Source: Rotaria socialis (Eukaryota). From it: a stretch of DNA of 55,870 nt. Position 1 is the first letter of the stretch. Every line of letters starts with the position of its first letter. The notes below the pieces were generated by a model, which did no database searches, was not told the DNA's origin, and was given only the letters and a program-made list of their open reading frames with translations. The DNA is taken from assembly GCA_905331295.1 (NCBI GenBank), contig CAJNYD010000064.1, positions 1 through 55,870 of the forward strand, written 5' to 3'. Position numbers and translations under genes: made by a program. Positions 50,230 through 55,870 of the stretch are shown here, one piece after another.

Positions 50230-51579
50230 GTGTCCAAAACGCATACAAGACATATTGCCATGATAACTGCAAGAGAGAAAAGAAATGTTTTTGGAAGAAA
50301 AAGCAATTTTATTTGTTTTGATCGGAGCTATAACACATTGCTGTTTTTATTACATTCATTTTGCTGGATTACAATTTTTGGGTTAATTTTTATCTTGTAT
50401 ATTGGCGTTATCTGTCGTGCTGATATACATTCAGAAACATTCCTTACAACTGATTTAATTGCTGTTAACTCGAGAAAACATGCAGCAAAGACATTGCCTT
50501 CATACGAATGTAATAATGGCACAACTTTTCCTTCAGAAATTACCACGACTCATTTCGCTATCAACCGTGAATGTCGTCTGCCTGTCTTTCTTATTCCCAA
50601 CACCGAATCTGTTACCCTTCTAATTATAATTGCAATTAATCGTGCTGATATCATCGAACTGAATTATGCAACCGCACTAGCTTTCCTACCGAACAGCTCT
50701 TTTGATTACGTAGTGTTTGATCATAGCTTCAGCAGTCAACCAGAAATAACACAGACGATAAATAACACATGTAAGCAGCTCAACGTCAAATATATTCGAG
50801 TTCCCAGATTTCTAGAAAAGGGTGGACCATCAGCATCACACAGTGCAACGGTACAATGGATTATTCAGAAGCATGCGTCAAAACATAGAGGCCGCGTATG
50901 GTTTCTTGATGTTGACATGTTTTTCTTGAATGATTGGGTATGGGAAGAGGTAATGCCTTCAACAAAATATGATATCATGACCGTTTGGCAACGTCGGCCA
51001 CGTCATCATGTGCCTGGTCCATACATTTTCTATATATGGCCTAATTTCTTTGTGTTTCGAGAAATTCAAGCTATCCCCAATATATCAAAGTTGACATGGA
51101 AAAGCACGACTATTAATGGACAGAGTCTAGATTCGGGAGGCGAAACCTATTTTTGGATTAATGCTCATCCAAAAGTTCGCATCAAAGGCATTTGGCAAAC
51201 ACCTTACGGTATAGACGGTGATCTAACAGGTTCTCAGACTCAATACTATCGTCAAACACCGCAAATGATCGAAAAAATTCATAGGAACCCAGATCTTTTC
51301 CAACTGATATGGCCAAAAGATCCAATAATAGCAAAAACTTACGACCATGCCATTATAGGTGACTTTCACATTTTACATTATAGAGCTGCCAGTAACTGGA
51401 ACCACGCAAGTCACATTTTTGCGATCCAAAAGTGGGCCAGAATAAAAGGCGCAGTAATGAAGGCTTTAAGTGACAAGAAAACTCAAAATAATCAGGAGCT
51501 TGAGGACTATCACAAGTGTCAACAACAGAGAGATACAAACACTTTCAACAATAAAACAAAGTTCGAACAAGCCCACTAA
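50230..51579 (+). CDS. Type II membrane glycosyltransferase-like protein (GT-A, DxD), intronless
   Basis: N-terminal TM, VVFD, SASH, FLDVDMF (DxD), YIWP, LDSGG, LHYRAASNW; first ATG near 50260. Confidence 0.75.
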   Translation: MSKTHTRHIAMITAREKRNVFGRKSNFICFDRSYNTLLFLLHSFCWITIFGLIFILYIGVICRADIHSETFLTTDLIAVNSRKHAAKTLPSYECNNGTTFPSEITTTHFAINRECRLPVFLIPNTESVTLLIIIAINRADIIELNYATALAFLPNSSFDYVVFDHSFSSQPEITQTINNTCKQLNVKYIRVPRFLEKGGPSASHSATVQWIIQKHASKHRGRVWFLDVDMFFLNDWVWEEVMPSTKYDIMTVWQRRPRHHVPGPYIFYIWPNFFVFREIQAIPNISKLTWKSTTINGQSLDSGGETYFWINAHPKVRIKGIWQTPYGIDGDLTGSQTQYYRQTPQMIEKIHRNPDLFQLIWPKDPIIAKTYDHAIIGDFHILHYRAASNWNHASHIFAIQKWARIKGAVMKALSDKKTQNNQELEDYHKCQQQRDTNTFNNKTKFEQAH

Positions 51580-51701
51580 GCAAACAAAAACAAGTTATTC
51601 AAGTGTTCTTTATATTAACGAATTTATTTTATTTCTCTCAGAAGGAACGTTCAGCAGTTATTTACTCGGGTTCTAACTAGCACTACAGGTTCCAGAAACG
51701 A

Positions 51702-54160
51702 TGTGAGGGTGACTAGCTACCATGATCTATAGATTTCATCCTAGCAAAAGGAATCATCAGATGGTAAATAATTCTTAAAATTTTCAGGAAAAAATCCTAA
51801 AAATCAGAAGAATTAATTTATAACTGTCATATATAAGAATAAATCTTAAATATATGATGATAAATTCATTTCAAATAGTTTCAAGGAAAATTAATTCTTT
51901 ATTCAGTAATATTCTAAGTTCACAATTTTTGAAAGTTAACTTTTTTTGAGAATTTTTCAATGTTTTTTTTTTGTTTTCTTGTTCGATCGAGATGTTTCGG
52001 ATGTTTGTCATCGTTCATGTTATTGTCTGTTTGATTCAAATAGGATTTCTATCTCGTTCAGTTTGGTGTGGTTCTCTTGTGATTTGCTTCTAATTAAGTA
52101 GAGAAAAAAGGTCGAATGATTAATGTTTTCATGAAAAGTTTTGTCGATGTTTGTTGGAAACTTATTCTCGGTTGTTTATTTTGTAATATTGCTTTTGTTG
52201 GACGCTTCCGTATCAGTTCGTTTTGAGTTTCGCGACGATTCCGGTTACGAACGATCAATCGTGTATCCATGGCCGGTGTTTGTTGAAAGACGTCGTTGTA
52301 TATTTGGTGCAAATCTTTCCTATATGTATGGAAACGGTTTTCATGTGTAAAATGTATGAATAATTTTTCGTCAAAATTGAAAGTTTTCTTCTCTGGTTGT
52401 TTCGTAGATTCATCGGGTTGATTTAATCGATCATCTGCTTCGTCATTATCAATGTTTGCTTGGGCCGCACTCATTGCTACTTGTGATTGGCGAAGTGTTG
52501 GTAGACCTAATAGTTTTTGTCTCGTATGGTTGTATTTGTTTTCGTTATCAATGAAATTTAAAAATGGTGAATTTGATATGTATTCAGAAAAATATTTCTT
52601 GAATTCATTTTCAATAAATGTCGATGGGTATCTATAAAATATAGCATTGAATAAAATTCTTTTCGTAATATTTTTTTTATAAACTTACCCGTTATAGAGT
52701 AACATTAATTTTATTTTACGTCGTTCATTATTCAATTCTTCAAATGTGGATGAATATCTTGTAGCACGTTCAACGGAAGTTTTAAGAATATTTGCAAAAA
52801 CATGTCTAGGATGATCAGATGTAAATGGTGTAACATATGGTTCAGCTGCAGGCTTATGATAAACAGATGTTGCCAGTGTACCATTATTATTTGTAAGTTG
52901 TACATCAAGAAATGGAAGACTATTACCTATTTTGTAGTCTAATTTAATATTGGGATGCCATGTATTCACATCATCTAATAATTTTCGTAGTTCTTCTTCA
53001 GATCTATTCCATGTCATAAAAACATCATCGATGTATCTAAAAAGAAAATAGTTTTTTTTTCTAAAATTGTCATTGATTTATTTATTTCTGGTAATTTACC
53101 GGCCATATAATTCGCCTGTTTTTGTTTGTTCTTCAGCAAGTTTTGTTTGCCATTCCGACATGAAAATATTAGCTAATGTTAATGTAAATGATGAACCCAT
53201 AGCACCACCAGTTGTTTGTTTATAAATTTTTTCACCATAAGCCTTTCACTTTTCTATAACCATTTGTAGCGAGAAATTTCATAAGAGTATTTAATGCTTC
53301 TTCTTGTGGTAACATTGTATATAAATTACGAATATCAAATGTACAAAAAAGAGTTGTTGACTTTAAGAGACCTTTTTTGTTATATTTTGAAAGATCAGTA
53401 ATTAAAGAAGCACCATCAATAATAGTTGTATCCTTGCATTTATCATCAAATATGGGTCGTAAAATTTTGTCTAAAAATTTTGAAACTTTTTTTGTTGAAG
53501 CATGAATAGTATTTTCAATGGGTCGAACTGGTATACCATCCTTAAAATAGAATGAAAATTAAATTGAAAAAAGTATTAATAAATGTTTTTTTAATTTACC
53601 TTATGTGTTTTAGGATTGAAATATAGATGAGCTAATTCACAATTTGTTCGATCAGGCATCATTTGTTCATATTGCCATTTACGAATAAGATCTTTTCCAC
53701 GAAGTGTATTAAGTAATTGTATAACTTTATCTAATATTTCATTGAATGGATTGGAAGATAATTCTGTAAAAGCATTTGTATCAGAGAAAAAATTTTCAGC
53801 TTTTTGTTCAAATGTATTTGCTAAACCAATATAAAAATTATTTCCTTTATCAGTGGCACGAATAATAAGATTCATATTTTCAATGATTCGTCGAATTGCT
53901 CCAACAATTTCTGCTTGTTCACGACTTATTAATTGATCTTTATAAACTAATGGGGTAAAATAAGAATCATTGAGATAATCAACAAGATGATCCGAATATT
54001 GTTTGAAAATTACATTATTTCGTGGTATACGATAAGACGATCCAGTAAGATGTTTTTCAACTTTCGAGTAAATATCTTGATGTTGCTTTTTAATTTCAGT
54101 TTCTTGTTGATGTTTTGGACGAATAGCACTTTGATTCAATCTTATATAAGATGGACCTAA
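51702..54160 (-). mobile_element. Athena/Terminon-type Penelope-like retroelement (endonuclease-less RT with introns), 5'-truncated, with an internal deletion
   Basis: GPSYIR, TDKG, HLYFNPKTHK|DGIPVRPI, FDIRNLYT, GGAMGS, R|YIDD, PFLD, YHKP, SDHP, NG|YP; introns 53541-53599, 53037-53099, 52632-52688; no GIY-YIG after RT; frameshifting deletion at ~53240. Confidence 0.92.
51718..51766 (-). ncRNA. Intact minimal type I hammerhead ribozyme
   Basis: Minus strand: TACCAT-CTGATGA-T-TCCT-TTTGCT-AGGA-T-GAAA-TCTATAGA-TC-ATGGTA (stem I TACCAT/ATGGTA, stem II TCCT/AGGA, palindromic stem III, AUC cleavage triplet). Confidence 0.9.
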
Positions 54161-54408
54161 TAATTGAAAAATTCTACTAAATGACTAATAGACAAATATG
54201 ACGATCAAGTTGAAATTTTATTTGAGGTTCAACGTTTCAGTCTTTATAAGACCATTTTCAAGAACAATAACGATGTTGATAATTTTATTTGAATGTCTAG
54301 CATGATCGAATTTTGATAATAAATAAATACATAAATATATAAAATAGACAAAATTGAAATAATTGAAAAATTCTACTAAATGACTAATAGACAAATATGA
54401 CGATCAAG
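54159..54408. repeat. 51-bp direct repeat (54159-54209 and 54358-54408) enclosing ~150 bp
   Basis: AATAATTGAAAAATTCTACTAAATGACTAATAGACAAATATGACGATCAAG occurs twice. Confidence 0.9.
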
Positions 54409-54669
54409 AATAGTATGTGCACGTTAGTATATTTGGTTCGTGTAATTTTGGCTTTTGATCGTTAGCAGTTAAGATGAATTTTTGTGTTTGTCTGGTATTG
54501 CTAGTATGTATATATAAGGACTTCTTCCATTTTGGAGTTCCAGATGGTAATTCGTTTTTTGTAGAGTAGTTTTTTTTGTGGGAATAATTTTTCAAAGCTT
54601 ATATGTAGACTATTGTATAATGTATATTGATCGTTTCTTCTGGATTCATGTAATGATAGGTGGTGTAAT

Positions 54670-55652
54670 GTGCGTGCTTTTTCATTCGGCGTTAGTGCTC
54701 TTTATAGTATTTGTGTAGGTGCATTATTCTATAATAGATATAGTGGAATTTTATTTATGGATAATATTGAAAATAGTGTGTTTTATAAATCGGTTACAGT
54801 GGTGAGGTGTTTGTTGCGATTTCTACCATTATGTGCTGGAAATGTTTACAGATATCTTTGGCGACATTATGGTTCTTATTCAAGTAAGATTTTTGGTGAA
54901 ATAGTTAAATGTGAAATTCAGGTTTGCGCTTTAAAAAGCGCAATACGTTTCATTCACGTTTGTCAAAATGAGGGTTTAGTTCCTACTTTCATTCGGTTTC
55001 GTTGTGCAAATCGAGGGTTGTTCGGTTCTGGAGTTATTCAGAAATGCCGTGAGAGGCTGTTGCATGGTGAATTGAAGTTCAAAAAGCATTTGTTGAATCG
55101 AACTGTTAGGCATATGAAAATGCTGGATGAAGAGTTGAAACAGATTGTTTCTGGTATCATTTATGTCCGGTTACGGTCTATCGCAGAAATTATTGTTAAT
55201 AGAAAAACGGAATCGATCGAAATCGGACATCGCAATAAAATCATTGGATTACGTGCTGATAAATGCAATCGTGTTCCAACGCAACCGATGCTGGATCCGG
55301 TTACAAATCTATCAATTTATAATTTGACGTATGATGAACACACAGCGCTAATTAACGGATTGAATCATGTGTATCCTTCGACAAGATTCGATCAGTCTAA
55401 GTTCATATGTAATATTGAATACTTTTATTCTCGCTTAATAAATTTCCGAACTAGTTATCGTCATTACGAGTCGAAGCATGCTAGTGAAATTGTTCGTCAT
55501 GAATTAACATCGTTACAGTTAGGCGTTGCAGCTGAGGTGCGTGAAGCGGCAAACTCATATCGTAAAGTAGCTGATTCAGAACTGAAGCGAACTGTGATGC
55601 AAAATCGGAAAACGTTTGGTATTCTCCGTTCTCTTGCTAAAAATAAAGATAT
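54670..55652 (+). mobile_element. N-terminal part of a second Penelope-like ORF, cut by a MITE just before the DKG motif
   Basis: FIHVCQNEGLVPTFIRF, RLLHGEL, VTNLSIYNLTYDEHTALINGLNH, LRSLAKNKDI| are typical of PLE pre-RT regions. Confidence 0.75.
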
Positions 55653-55870
55653 CCCATGTAAAAATAAATCGCGAAAAATCTGATTAAATTTGATTTTGTT
55701 CGGAAAATCGATTAAAACAACTAATATTAGATTACTTTCCCATAAATAATCAACTAAAACCGATTTTCATGTGCAATAATCGATTAAAATCCATTTTAAT
55801 CAGAAAAATCTAGATAATCGTCTAGAAATTAAATCAATTTAAATCAGTTCCTAGAATAATCCATTAAAAT
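55653..55870. mobile_element. Left part of a CCC-terminated MITE with AATC/GATT subterminal repeats
   Basis: Starts AT|CCCATG like 13901; abruptly ends the PLE frame; runs off the window. Confidence 0.6.

Overview
AT-rich eukaryotic DNA with short (~50-65 bp) GT-AG introns, most consistent with a bdelloid rotifer. That assignment is inferred from an intron-containing, endonuclease-less Athena/Terminon-type Penelope RT, TGTGGG/TGAGGG telomere-like motifs, and the gene families present. The window is TE-rich and looks subtelomeric. Apparently intact genes: a 265-aa multipass membrane protein, a large protein with ~13 PBZ-like CCHH fingers around a putative ADP-ribosyltransferase-like core, a 3-exon membrane protein, an LRR type-I membrane protein, an FG-GAP/VCBS repeat protein and an intronless DxD glycosyltransferase-like gene. 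Pseudogenes: valyl-tRNA synthetase, a GH3 fragment, an unknown 130-codon ORF and a micro-exon array. Mobile DNA: a deleted Ty3/gypsy element with a DEDDy-like ORF3 and a nested solo LTR, a second solo LTR, a Harbinger-related DDE_Tnp_4/SWIM transposon, two Penelope-like elements and many MITEs. The most notable signals are (i) an intact minimal hammerhead ribozyme plus telomere-complementary tail at the Athena 3' end, (ii) RT-less hammerhead + telomeric-motif units, (iii) a dispersed motif ATCTTGAGGGTGTGGG, often in hairpins, one copy of which sits exactly at a transposase breakpoint, and (iv) the PBZ-array/ART-like protein. All family assignments come from motif recognition by eye; no database searches were run.
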